From positions 28,954,001 through 29,018,000 of the forward strand of contig CM022671.1 of assembly GCA_012295275.1 (NCBI GenBank): DNA of 64,000 nucleotides, read 5' to 3'. Positions 45,522 through 59,148 of this stretch are shown here, piece by piece. Numbering within the stretch: position 1 is the first letter of the stretch; every line of letters begins with the position of its first letter. The notes under the pieces are model-generated. The model was not told where the DNA came from, made no database searches, and was given only the letters and a program-made list of their open reading frames with translations. The DNA is from Chrysomallon squamiferum (Eukaryota; Animalia; Mollusca). A program made the position numbers and the translations under genes.

Positions 45522-48500
45522 TCTATTTATTTATTTATTTATTTATTTATGTAGTTATTTATTTATTTATTTATGTATTTAATGATAGTGGCTTTTTCAA
45601 ATTTACAACAACTGATTTTTTTGCTTATTATTAAAAAAATAAAAATGTATGTTAAATAAAATTATTTGATTCTATTTGTTTCCAGTTATTTAAATAATAA
45701 TAATAAAAAAAAAAAATAATAATAATAATTTATAACACAGTTATTATATTCTGTATTTACTACAATTTTTTGTCAACATAATATATATATATATATATTT
45801 TCATACTTCTATGAATTTTCTCAAACTCTAAGGATAATAGAACACAAATCATTCAACCTGTAACAGATAATTTAATATCACTGGTCATAAGTCAGAAAGC
45901 AATATCCTCCATCAAACATTATTACAGTACAATGACTTTGTTAATTTCATTTGTCCTGAAGTTACTTAACCATTTACAGTAATACCACAGAGCTTATAAA
46001 GGATTAAAAGTACAGCTAATAAGCAAACAACAGATGTGTCACTGACCAAAACATCATTTCTTTCTTTATTAGAACAAAAAAACTGAGGAAATCTGAACAA
46101 AACTACAAAATCAATATGTATTTTATCAAAGTTTATCACAATACTTTAAAATTATGTTTTTGAAAAAAAAAAAAAAAAAAAAAAAAATTCAGTTCCGTTA
46201 AAATTTCGTTAACATTGAGAAATTATTTTTAAAAATTAAATAAAAGAGAAGAATGAGCAGTAATGGGTTTAATAACAGAATTGGGCAAGCAGGCATGGCT
46301 GACTTTAATGCTGAAGTTATCCAAGTGGAAAATTATTTGAATTCCCTTTGGAAGCCTGTCTCAGAGAAATGAACCAATGACTGGTGGAGCGTAAAAAAAA
46401 AAAAAAAAATTCTATAGACAACATTTTTTTTTAATCTTTAATCTTTTGTTACATTTTTTTGATACTATTTATTAATTTTATTTATTTATTTATTTATTTA
46501 AATCTAAATTCTTTTTGCATACTTTTTGTTATTATTTTTTTAATTTTATTATTATTTATTTTTTAAATCTATAATCTGTAATTGGAATTCATGCATTTTT
46601 TTATATACAACTTTTTTCTTCTTTTTTTTTTAAATTTTTCTTTTAGACCGTTTATGTCAACAGAATTTTATAAAAAAAAATATTTTTCTCATTGAATGGA
46701 CCAGTGTTACCTGATTTATTTCTGAAATAAGGAAAAACAATAAAACAGAACCTGCATTTTATTTAATTTAATGGTTATAGATAGTTCATTTTTCATTGCT
46801 CTAACTTCTACATTACTTTATTATTTACTACTAAAGAAAGAAAAAGAATAAAGAAGAAATAAAGGAAAGAAATCTTTTATTACAACTAATAAAGAAAGAA
46901 ATAAAAGAAAATAATTATTTCCAGAATACATATTCACCCAAACATTTAACTTCATTACTAATCTGACACAGAAACATGAAACGACAAAACATTTAACAAT
47001 GGCAGAAGAAGATGATATGTAGATGTTCTGGATGATGAGACAGTGATACAATATTCTGTGCAGACTCTAACATAATTTAGACAAGAGTATAACCACTAAA
47101 ATGGCATGGAAGCTCAAGCTCCATTTACAGAAGTAGTATGTGCATATCTGTTGCAAATCAAAGCACAAATATTTATATTTTTTTCTCTTTACAGTGTTCC
47201 ATTATGTATGAAGCTTAATGGATCGTTTTACATGCTTCAAAACAACATCCAAGATTATACCTAAAAAAATAAATAAATAATGAAACAAATAAAAAAAGGG
47301 GAAAAAAAGTCTCAAATTCAGAATTTGTTGTTGTTCTTACAGGATTTGGGGTTTTATTTGGGGGGGGGTATTTTTTTGTTGTTGTGTTTTTTGTTTGTTT
47401 GTTTGTTTTACTAAGTATTATGTAGTAAGTTAAAATTAAATTTCAAAAATAAAGTTGAGAAGTTTTTTCTTACAATTAGTTCATTACTTGCCAAAAAAAA
47501 ATATCAACAGATAAATACAGGACTAGCAAAACTGATACCAATTCTTTTTCTTTTGACAAATCAGTTCATAATGCATGAAACAGTATCACTGCATGGCATG
47601 CTAAGAAAGAAAACAAAACAAAACAAAGACTTTTTAAAAAATGTGACTTTCAGATTTGGTACAGTTCAGTTTTTCTTACAAAACAAATTCAAAATGTAGG
47701 CCACCATCCCCCACAAAATACAAAAAAAAAAAAAAAATTAGAATTAGAATGAATTCCCCTCACTTTGTAATCAAATTTATTAAGCAAGAATCAGCAATAA
47801 TTCATTGCAAGAAAAAGAAAAAAGTGATGAAAACGTAAAAAAAAAAACAACAAAAAAAAACCTTTTCCTTACAAATCAGTTCATTATATCTGGTTCAACA
47901 TTGCCACATTAGTGTAAATTGGTGAATTCTGCATGCACAAAAGCTATAAATCACATCAGACATGATGATGAAGATGATAATGATGATGGTGATGAATGGG
48001 TATTATGATTGACTTGGACAGAGGCTTTGGTAAATTGGCTTCATTACTGAATGACACAGACAACTGAATCTTTTGTGAATCTGTGCATGAGACGCTGGTT
48101 ACAGAATCAACAGGAATGTTACATAATGTTGTGTCAATGGTTTTCTGCCCAACAGACTAAATTATAGTAATAATAATAATAATAATGATGATAATAATGA
48201 TGGTGATGATGCTAATATTACTGCTGATAATGATAATATGATGATGGTGATGATGATGATGATGATGATGGTAACAATAAGCTTAAAACTGCAGGATACT
48301 TACTACATAAAAAAATATATAAAGATATATATACAAAAATGCAGACACACACACACACACACACACATATACACTTTTCCACCAGTAAAAATAAAATGAC
48401 TGCAGTGGTAATAGCAATAGCAGAGTAGCAGTAATAACAAGTCTTCTTTGGTAAAATACCAGATCTACTGTGGATCAAGTAAGAGTAACTCATAAAGGTT

Positions 48501-49124
48501 TCTTTATGAAAGTGTAAGTTAAAGAGTTGCTGCTAATAAACTGTTAACAATAACCTATGTGTAGCTTCAGTGAATTATCTCTCTGTGACAAATCGGATAA
48601 AATAAAACAAACGTTCCTATTTCTCACCTGATTACCATATATTTTTAATACTTTGGACTTCAGTTAAATTAACAGAAAACAAATAGAAGAAGAAAAAAAA
48701 AGGATTAGATACAACAATTTTGTTGTTTCTTTGATATGTGTTTATAACTTTGAAATATAAAATGGATATTAACCTGTGTACTAAACAGACATTATGTGTA
48801 CTTGTCACAAAGGATTATTGTAATTGTTTGTAAGGAGAGACAGATCCCAGCCTTCAGAGGGTGATAAAACTGACAATTAATGGGACAACAGAGCATCTCT
48901 GAGGGATTTCCAAGAGTTCAATAACACGTTTATGGGCACATAGAAAAGAAAGGAATTGAGAAAGTCCATGCACTGTTTGATTGAGAATTAAGAGAAAAGA
49001 GGCAGCATTTCAACGAGTGATTTAGTTATGTGGATAAGAAACTCTAAACCCGTCTTTGCTTTATTAAGTGTAAAAACGGTCAACAAGAGCTCTCCAATTA
49101 ACACACTTCACAGACTCAGTTCTC

Positions 49125-49490
49125 AGGTTGTTTCTTGATGTTTAGAACACAGTAGTGTGGTCTGAAGGGTATCAAGACCAGTGCTCCTTACTGAATCCAT
49201 TTGAATATTTCCAATTCCACCCAATGCTCTGCAACTGATTGCCAAAGGTTGTAGTCTTATTTCTTGCCCAAGGAAGGTGCATGTAACACAACTCTTATTG
49301 CTTATTAAAACATAATGAGTAACCAGTCACACAACTAGAGTGGAGTTTTGTTTTTTTTTTTTTTCTTATCAGTATGGTTTTTTACAGCACGCTTTCTCCT
49401 TCATCTGTGTGATTCTTAACTCTACACACATCAAGAACCTAAATTTAAAATGATTTGAATAAATCAACAAATAAAAGTTTCCTTTCTTTT
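49125..49490 (+). mobile_element. Highly decayed SINE-like repeat
   Basis: Degenerate blocks in the same order (ttccacccaatgctc...ggaaggtgcatgtaa...cttattgct). Confidence 0.3.
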
Positions 49491-50422
49491 CTCTTCCATT
49501 ATGAACTATGAACAAAATTAATGGAAACTCAATATGGCTGTTGCAAATCTTTTCATCAAGAGCCTTTTTAAACTATGTTTGGTTAAAAAAAAAAAAAAAA
49601 AGGAATTAAGACAAATTTCTGATGAATTAAATACCATGGTAAGTGTTGTCCTGTTAAATGAAAGAAAACATACATAACCCTTGTTGCTATTTTATGAGCA
49701 TAGCATAGAGAATTGCGTGGTAGACTTCATTTCTGAATACTACTAATGAAACTCAAAGATTTGTCACCCAAAAAACCTTTAAAGTGAAAAATGCAGTGGA
49801 GTGCCATTATTCTTCTACTTTAGTTTATTTATTCAGTTAGTCATGGACAAGAGAAACAGGCTTTTACTTCACAACACTGAATAAAATATTTTAATTTTCA
49901 CTTTCTTAATTCCCTGATGAGCTAAAACAATTTAGTTTTTTTTTCACATTTACATAGTTTTCTCACAAAACTTTTATTATCAAAACAAAGAAAAAGTATT
50001 CTTTGCAGAAAAATGTCCAAGCAGTAAATTACCAAATCCTTTATAGGATTGTCTTCATCTTCAGAATGAAGGCATTTTAAAAGGAAAAAGGAATTAAGAG
50101 GTTTTTTTTAATGTAGGGTCGTAATAATTATTTTCTTAGTGTGCTTGGTTTTGAAATGAACTAAAACATTTCTGTCACATAAATAAACAAAAAAATCAAA
50201 AAGAAGTTTTAAAAAGGAAAATGAAAAATAACAGGAAAAAAAAAAAAGGAAATGAGGAAAACACCATAAACAAAAAGAAATTTAAAAAGGAAAAACTATA
50301 AAAAATATATAAAAAGGAAAATTGAGGAAATTAAACAAGAAAGAAGAGGGGAAAAAAACTAAAGAAAAATGAAATTTAAAAAGACATAAAACTAACATAA
50401 ACAACAAGAAATTTTAAAAATG

Positions 50423-50459
<37 letters not shown>

Positions 50460-51344
50460 AAAAAAATTGTGATAGGAATCAAATAAACTACTGAGTACAA
50501 AAAAGAATCAAGTAAAAAAACATTCTGTTAATTAACAAATCTGAAGATAATTTGTAATAACCTGATAATATTACTTTCTACAAATATTTTAAAAGAAAAG
50601 ATCAAGTCAATTTCCAGTACTTTGATTTTTAATTTTTATGTAATTTTTCAATCATTTGTCTTCTTTTAAAAAAAAAATTGAAATTAAAAGATAAATTTTC
50701 TAACAATGTCTTCTACTGCATTCACAAAATTATTATTATTAAACAGTGTCATTATTATAATTACTTATTATTATTATTATTGTTACTGTTGTAGTTGCCA
50801 TTGCTGCTGCTGCTGTTACTACTGTTAAAAAATAACTGCTAAAACTAATAGCATTATGCAGAACTGACTTCTGTTGAAAATAACAAACAGAACAGTCTTT
50901 TTTTCAAACCATTTTCATTATTTAGTGTTCTTCATAATTCTCCATTCTAACCATCATAATGGCTGTACAATCACTACACCAAGGTAGACATAATAATAAA
51001 AAGTTAATAAAAAAATAAAAAAAAAAGAAGAAGTTAATCAATTCCTTTTAATGAATGGATCTTGTGAGAGGTGGCTTATTTTCAGTCACGTCCTTTGAAA
51101 AACAAAATAAATTTTGTTAATCTTTAGAAATGGGTGATGTGTATTGACAAAAACGACAGAAAGAACCAGTAGCAAACACTGGGCATGACAGGAAGTGGTG
51201 TCAGACGTCGCAGAACTGATCAATGTGTTTAATTCTGACCTCTGCCGTGCTGTGTATTTAACAGTGATCAGAAGGAAATATCATCTCGGTGACAAGTTAA
51301 TGATATTAAATTCCTACCACTCAGATCAGTGCCATGGGTTATAG

Positions 51345-51388
<44 letters not shown>

Positions 51389-52201
51389 GGAAAAAAAAAA
51401 AGGGAGAGAGAGTGCAAACGAAAAAAGAGAAAGAGAAAAAAAAAAAAAAAACAGAGACAGAAACAGAAAAAAAAAATAAAAAAGGTTGATTATATATCAC
51501 GAAAATTGCTTTTAAATTAAGTCCATCCAAGGAAATAGACTGGGTTTTTTATTAAAGGGATTGCTAGAAATTTTGTTTTTGTGAATGAAAAATTCTGTAT
51601 AAATATTAATTTTTAAAATCATTTTATTATATTATGGAGTAGTGATTGGAATGGGAAATTAATCTATTAGAAACATTTAACATAAATGGTCCAAAAAGAA
51701 ATCATAAATAAATAAATAAATAAGTAACAAGAAAACAAATTAATTAAGTTAATATAAAAATAAAAAAAGAGAAACAAACAAATAAATAATTTCATAAAAA
51801 ATAAATTAACAGATAAATAAATTTAAAAAATAAAACAAAATAATAAATAAATAAATAAATATAAACAAACAATCAAACAAACAAATAAGTAAAAAAAAAA
51901 AAATATAAACAAACAAATAAATAAATAAAAGCAAACAAACAAACAGTAAATAAACTAACAAATAAATAAATAAAAGCAAACAAACAAACAGTAAATAAAC
52001 TAACAAATAAATAAATAAAAGCAAACAAACAAACAGTAAATAAACTTTACAATTAAATAAATAATACAACTGTTAACAGAAGAAAATTCAATATTTTCAT
52101 CAAAAGGAACTGCCCTATTACTTATCTGCTGTGACAGAAATTAACCAAACTTATAAATAAATCAATTGACATTCAAGTAAAATTATCAGAAGGATAACAA
52201 T

Positions 52202-52395
52202 CTATTATTACTTCAATACGTACACAGATAAAAGCAATTTCTAAATTAATAATGGATCTACATTCAAAGAAACAGATCAGATGATGCTAATATATTTAAC
52301 TACTGCCATGTGAACAGGGAGACGCAGTTTCTAATGTTGATAATCTGAAACCGAACGAATGTTAATCTCTAAAGCTGTTTCCTGTTTAATGTTCT
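52202..52395 (+). repeat. Dispersed ~195-bp repeat, copy 2
   Basis: See 38131-38325. Confidence 0.8.
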
Positions 52396-52889
52396 TTTTT
52401 TTTTAAATATTTTTTAATTTGGAAGATAAATTCAAGGTTGCTGTAGTAAAGAAAGAAAAAGGAAAGAAATTAATGACTGGATGAAAGAAAGAAAGAAATG
52501 AAATAAAGAAACAGAATGAAATAGCGAAAGATAAACTACAACAAGCTCAGTCTTTTTTTTTTTCAGTTTACCTTCTTCTTCATATCATGTTTTAAATGAA
52601 AAACTGTATATCTCAGAATATGACTGAGGCTTGCTACTAATAAAAATAATAAGACAAAGAAGCAAATAAACAGATGGACAGACAGACAGGCAGACAGGCA
52701 GAAAGACATATAAAACTACAACTTAAAAAAGTAATAGAAAAATCTTTTCAGATTATGCAAAAAAGAAAACGAATTCTTTTACAGAAAAAAAGAGCAAATA
52801 GATATATATATATATACAAATAATAAGTTTTTAACTTTGCATATTTGTTTTTTCATTTCATACAACATAAACTAAAGTTTTGATATACA

Positions 52890-53530
52890 AAATATCTTAG
52901 TTCATTTAACATAAAACTGACATAACAGATAACAAACAAAAGAAAAAACATTTCTGATTTACATGAAGTCAAAAGTTCTTATTTCATATAAAATACCAAA
53001 ACAAAATTGTATTTTACATAAAATAAATATCAAGTTCACATAAAAAAATTTAAAGTTAATTTACATAAAGTAAGAAAACTAAGTTAAAAACAAAATTGAA
53101 ATTTTTATTACATAAAGTAAAAATGTATTAAGTTCATTTCAAGTAATTATAAAATTATTTTACATAAAATAAGAAAATATTATGTTCACTTAACAATATT
53201 TTAAAGTTATTTTACATAAAGAATTATGTTCATATAATAAAAATATTTTACATAAAGTAAGAAAATATCAATTTTACCTAAGAAAAATAAAAATGTTATT
53301 TTTACATGAAATAAGAAAATATTAAGTTCACAGTACAAAAACTAAAAATGCTGTTTTACATAAAGTAAGGAAATATAAATTTCACACTACAAAAACAAAA
53401 ACACTTTACATAAAATAAGAAAATTTTAAGTACACAAATTTTGTTTTCATTTTACATAAAGGAAAAAAAGTAGCAACTTCACATAAATTGTTTTTCATTT
53501 TACATAAAGTACGAAAATATTAAATCTGCA
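52890..53530. repeat. Degenerate ~55-60-bp minisatellite
   Basis: Recurrent TTTACATAAA(G/A)TAAGAAAATATTAAGTTCAC. Confidence 0.75.
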
Positions 53531-53596
53531 TAACAAAACAATCCAAAAAAAAAAACATGTTATTTCACGCAAACTTAAAAATAAAACTTTTATTAC

Positions 53597-53655
53597 CTAC
53601 AAACCTCTTCCCCCTGTGAATCAAGCAACACAAACGAAACTGGGAACTTTCTCAT
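53597..53655 (-). CDS. Candidate upstream coding exon of CaMKK (MRKFPVSFVLLDSQGEEVC)
   Basis: ATG at 53655 and donor AG|GTAATA in phase 2, matching the phase-2 acceptor at 45134; a YY1-like motif is nearby; no homology support. Confidence 0.4.
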
Positions 53656-53709
53656 TGCAAGAAAACGAAAGAAACTGCAATGAGCTGCATCCAGAAACGA
53701 GGGCAGAAC

Positions 53710-53721
53710 AAGATGGCTGCC
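53710..53721. promoter_or_regulatory. YY1-like motif AAGATGGCTGCC near the candidate CaMKK first exon
   Basis: Matches the AANATGG core; lies in a non-repetitive island that retains some CpG. Confidence 0.25.
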
Positions 53722-55129
53722 AATGTGGGAATCATTAACGGAGATTAAACGATCATCATAAATGTCTAAACTCTAAATTGAACATCTGTGTTTGTCTGAC
53801 TGAAGAATTCCACTGAGATTCGGTGGAACTGAGCAGGTCCCAGCAAAGCCTGGACCCAGTTTAATTAACGATGCACTGCAGCAGAAAATCATCAGAGACA
53901 AGGAATACTGAATAATTTAAGTTTGTTTTTGTTCCAGTGCTGCTACATACACAACATGTTTTGAAACAAAACATGCGCCAAAGTGATAATAAATAATTTA
54001 AAACCATTGTTGTAGTTAGAGTGCATTATTTTAAAACATTGAGAAGATGTTTGAGAATAAATATATAGGTGAATAAAAAAAAAAAAGAAAAAAAAAGAAA
54101 AAAGAGAGAGAGAGAGATTAAAAGAAGATGAAAAGTGGACTCATAAATATGGGCTTTGTGTATGGTTTATATGGATGTATGTGCATTATAACCTGATCAA
54201 TAGTTTAAGTAAACTGAATGGATGGATTGTCGTTTCAAGTGATCTTCTTTTTTTTTTTTTTTTTTTTTTTTTTTTCTGGTTGTATCTTTTAGTACAAAAA
54301 TCATAAAATACAAGTGTGTTTAAAAAAAAAAAAAATTCAATATTTATGCATGTATACTGAGTTAACTGTTTATTTATTTTTTATTTTCATTTAATTTAAT
54401 TTATTTTCTTTTTTATTATTTATTATTATTATTTTTTTTTTATTTTATTTTTTTTTTTTTTTTTTTTTTTTTTTATCATCATCAGCATCATCATTATCTT
54501 CATTATCATTTATCATTTTTTCATGAATTCTTTAATTTTACCTAAAACTAATTTCCCATCCCAGCTGTGATCAAGTATTGATGGTTGATAAAACGTTTAC
54601 AAATGTCTGTTTTTCTGTAAATGAACAATCATAATCCAACATGTCGACTTCCGTTTCTTTTGTGTTTCAGTATACCTCAGCTCTGGGTACAGCAGTTTAC
54701 CATCTGTGTTGTAATTGTGTTTATATTCTGCCCACATCCGTTAGTCTGCAGGTGAAACCCTGGCCCACAGTTAATTCACATTGATTTTATTTATTGATGA
54801 TCCTGTAAGCACTACCTGGGAGCTATCCAGCATGTTTACAATTACTGAGGGTTTTTTTCTGGCCTCTTGCTGTTTACTTGGACTGAATTTCTCTCTCAGA
54901 GACAGCTAGGTTTTCAGTAAAGATAAAACTTGGCATTAAAGTTTCCAGCACAAGAAACAGTGAAATAATTGTTATGTTTGACAGTGCCAGTTCAAAAAAA
55001 ACTAATTAATTTGGTTTTGGTTTTAAAGATCACAGTTCCAGTACAAGAAAGTCAAGGAAAGGGAGAAAAGGGAATTTAAAAAACTGAGTTAAGAGAATAA
55101 ATAAATTAACAGTAAGACAATTATATTAC

Positions 55130-55525
55130 AATTTCAAAACAAATTAAATTAGTTTTAATATTACATTTTTAAATACAAGAGAAATTAATTTTAATATTAC
55201 AAGGCAAGAGAAATTAGTTTTGGTATTAGAGTCTGAATACAAAAGAAATTAAGTTTTAATATTACAATTCAAATACAAGAGAAATTAGTTTTAGTATTAC
55301 AATTCAAATACAAGACAAATTAGTTTTAATGTTACCGTTCAAATACAAGAGAAATTAGTTTTAATGTTACAATTCCAGTACAAGAGAAATCTTTTTAACA
55401 CACCAATTCAGATAGAAGAGATATTGGTTTTAGAACTAAATTCCTATACAAAAGAAACTTTGATATCAATATAACAATCAAAGAAATTTTGGTATTAATA
55501 TAACAACAGAATACAAGAGAAATGT
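55130..55525. repeat. Degenerate ~35-37-bp minisatellite
   Basis: Recurrent AAATACAAGAGAAATTAGTTTTAATATTACAATTC. Confidence 0.8.
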
Positions 55526-55661
55526 TATTTTGTCAAAGAATTATTTGAAAAATTCCTCAATGTGAATGGACTTTAAATATTATTTGTAAATATATAAAAT
55601 CCATTAGGTAAATCTTTTCTAAATATTAAAAAAAATATGTACACACACACACACACGCACA

Positions 55662-55695
<34 letters not shown>

Positions 55696-56545
55696 ACATA
55701 CAAACTTGCACACACACACACACACACACACACACTCAAGCACACACTCACACACACACACACAACACCTGCACACACACACAGTGCACACACACATGGA
55801 CACCACTTTGAATGCTGTTTGTAAAGAAACCAAATTTTTAAGCACCTTTTAAAATCTTCTATAAATATTTAAAAACAAACAAATAAATAAATATCTATAT
55901 ACATTTCTGTTACTTGTGAAACTGTATTTTAACACAACAATTCCAACACAAGAGAAATAAGTTTCAGCTTCCTTTCAGTCTTACAAATGTGATGCTAGAA
56001 AACTCAAAGTACAGAGAAATAAAGAAAGAAAACAGGGTACACTTCTAAAACAAGAGAAACATGTTCAACTCAACAAATGCAAGAGAAACTTGATATCATC
56101 ACTTCATTTCTGAAACAACAAAAGGAAAATAGTAAGAAATAAAAGATGATGAAAAGGAAATGAAGACTGCAGATTAAGAAAAGTGAAAAGTGATACCAGT
56201 GAAAAAATACAGTTAATTTTTCACACAGACTTGGTGAAAATAAACAAACGTAAAGTGAACTACACAACTAAACTGGGTTATTTTGTTTTGTTTTTTAAAT
56301 GATCATTTCAACATGTTGGTTAAATAGAAATCTCACTGTATTTTGTTTTAAACTGTAAATTAATGAAAACAAAAAAGACAACAACAAAAAATAAAGAAAT
56401 GGAAAGTATTATTTTAAGTAATGCATTTTTAATGAAGAAATCTGTCTTTGAATTATGAAATAAGTCAATGTCTTTTCAATCTAATTATATATATATATAT
56501 ATATATACACTGTTTTTTGTGGGTTTTTTTTTATTTCATTTCATT

Positions 56546-56580
<35 letters not shown>

Positions 56581-57284
56581 CTTACTTACTTACTATGTGG
56601 ATTTTAAAAATGTTTGGCTTTTATTTTTATTTTATTTTTTTTAATTATTTATTTAACAGTTTTAAAAATATATATATGATGAACTAGTACAGCTGTTTTT
56701 TGTGTTTTTCTAAAACATGAAAAAGAAAGAAACAAGAAAGGAATATATTAATACTGATTTTAGATGCAAAATATTAAAAATACAAATCCATTCCTTTACC
56801 CATGAAATATGCTAATACAGCTTTTTCATTCTAATTATGTTTTATTTTCTTATTCTTTTAATGTTTTTGCTTATAATTTTTTATATTATAAACTAGTAAA
56901 ATTTTTCTAGAAGATGAACAAGAAAAGAAAGGAAATGGTATATATCAAACTGGCAACCATTTTAAATCCAGAATATTTTAAAAGTGCAATCCATTCACCT
57001 ATTTAAAGCATCAATACAAACAAACAACTACAAACAATGGTTATCAGTAAGAATCAACAACACTATCAGTAATCATTAACATCAATATCAGTAATCATTA
57101 ACATCAATATCAGTAAGATCCAATAAGCTACAATAAGAACAGTCAGTAAAAATATCAACAACAGATAACATCAGTTCTCTGATCAGCTCTTGTTAACAAC
57201 TTGTACTGAGATGTAATTCCAAACCTACTGCTACAGAGGCCAATACCAACTGATTTCAGTAACAACCAGGAGCAGAAAGTATCC

Positions 57285-57612
57285 TGAACAACCATAACAA
57301 AAACAGAAAATAGGAGTAACAGCCACAAACAGGAACTATCTGTAACAACCATAAACAAAAATTATAAATAACAACCATAAACAGGAACTATCTGTAACAA
57401 CCATAAACAAAAATTATAAATAACAACCATAAACAGAAACTATCTGTAACAACCATAAACAAAAATTATCAGTAACAACCATGAACAGGAACCATCAATA
57501 ACAACCATAAACAGGAACTATCTGTAACAACCATAAACAGGAACCATCAGTAACAGCCATAAACAGGAACTATCTGTAACAACCATAAACAGGAACTATC
57601 AGTAACAGCTAT
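57285..57612. repeat. 26-bp minisatellite, ~12 copies
   Basis: TAACAACCATAAACAGGAACTATCTG unit. Confidence 0.9.
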
Positions 57613-58127
57613 AAGCATGATATTTCCATAAGAACCAGAATCAGAGGCTATGACACTAAAAACCATGAGCCAGATTCGGCTCATCAGGAGCATGAATCAG
57701 AAGCATGAATCAGAAGCAAACACTGGTGAAGATTCACAATTTGCTGACAGAGTAACTTTGCCAAGAAGCTCCAGAAAAACGTTTGAGTAATTGAAACCTT
57801 TGGAATTAAATGGCTACCACAGCTTCCACATCAGCAACGTGCCTTTGGTCACCTTGTAATTGAGATCCAGTGATGTGAATTAAATCTCATGTTTAGCCTC
57901 AGTGTCACTGTGATCAATATTTCATTTAAACTTCTCACTTATAAAAAAACAACAACTGAGGAATGAATGAGGGTATGATGTTTAATTCATGAACTAAGAA
58001 ACAAATAAATTATAAAAAAAAAAAAAAATACAAAAATGAAAATGACTTGATTAATAAATACTGTGCTGGTATGAATTTTCAACATTTTTTTTTTTTACCG
58101 AGTCTTGAATTGCTAATAACATTATAT

Positions 58128-58176
<49 letters not shown>

Positions 58177-58599
58177 AGGTATATTATAGTTATTTTCCTA
58201 TTAGTCATTTTTCAAAAGTTCTTTAAAATATTTCAGAGACTTTGCTGTACTGCAATAGTATAATGCAATTAACTTTAGAGTTTTGGGAACAGCAAATTCG
58301 ATTAAATTTTTGGTTGGAATGTTCAATTATTCATATAAAAAAATATCATTATAATATTCCTCAAATTTTATTATATTAAAAAAAAAAAAAAATGTCATTA
58401 CATGTATCACCATTGTTTTCAGATTGCTGCAGAAAATATTTGATTAAATTCATTTCACTGTAAAAAGTATTATAAAACTGTCGCAGTAAATGAGGGATCC
58501 AGCAGAGCAAGTATAATTACATTTAATATGCCTTTGTTACACACGTGATGAAAGTGTACAGTTATAAATAATATTTCTATAGTTTCATATTGTGCAGTA

Positions 58600-58814
58600 C
58601 ACTAATACCGCATTCTATACTGTCACACTATGCAATAATCTGATACCGCATTCACACACTAAAAGTACTTTAATACACTAAAACGACATTCACACACTTA
58701 AACTGCTTTTGAACACTAAAACTACATTCATGCACTAAAAGTACTTTAATACCCTAAAACGACATTCACAGACTTAAACTGCTTTTGAACACTAAAACTG
58801 CATTCACACACTAC
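58600..58814. repeat. 38-bp minisatellite with alternating A/B variants
   Basis: CATTCA at 58649, 58687, 58725, 58763, 58801. Confidence 0.85.
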
Positions 58815-58827
58815 AAGGCAGGAGAGA

Positions 58828-59020
58828 AGGGAATGTTTTGTTCAACGACACACTTAACACTTTCTATTTACACTTTGTAGTGCTGGACACAAGGTTAAGG
58901 AACACTCACATAAAGAGAGAGGAAATCAAGGAAATTAAGCAGGTATTCTTTCTGATTAGCAGCAAGATATCTTTCACATACACCTTCCCACAGACAGGAC
59001 TGTATATACCACTGTCTTGG
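58828..59020 (-). mobile_element. Decayed SINE-like interspersed repeat (3' half)
   Basis: Shares TGATTAGCAGCAA and GGTTAAG with 36675-36895; resembles, from recall, a tRNA-derived SINE family common in gastropods. Confidence 0.6.
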
Positions 59021-59117
59021 TTTAAACAAAGTATGAAAGCTTTACAGTAGAGATATTGTTTCTATACTTTACTATTAATCATACATACATATATACATAC
59101 ATACATACATACATACA

Positions 59118-59148
<31 letters not shown>

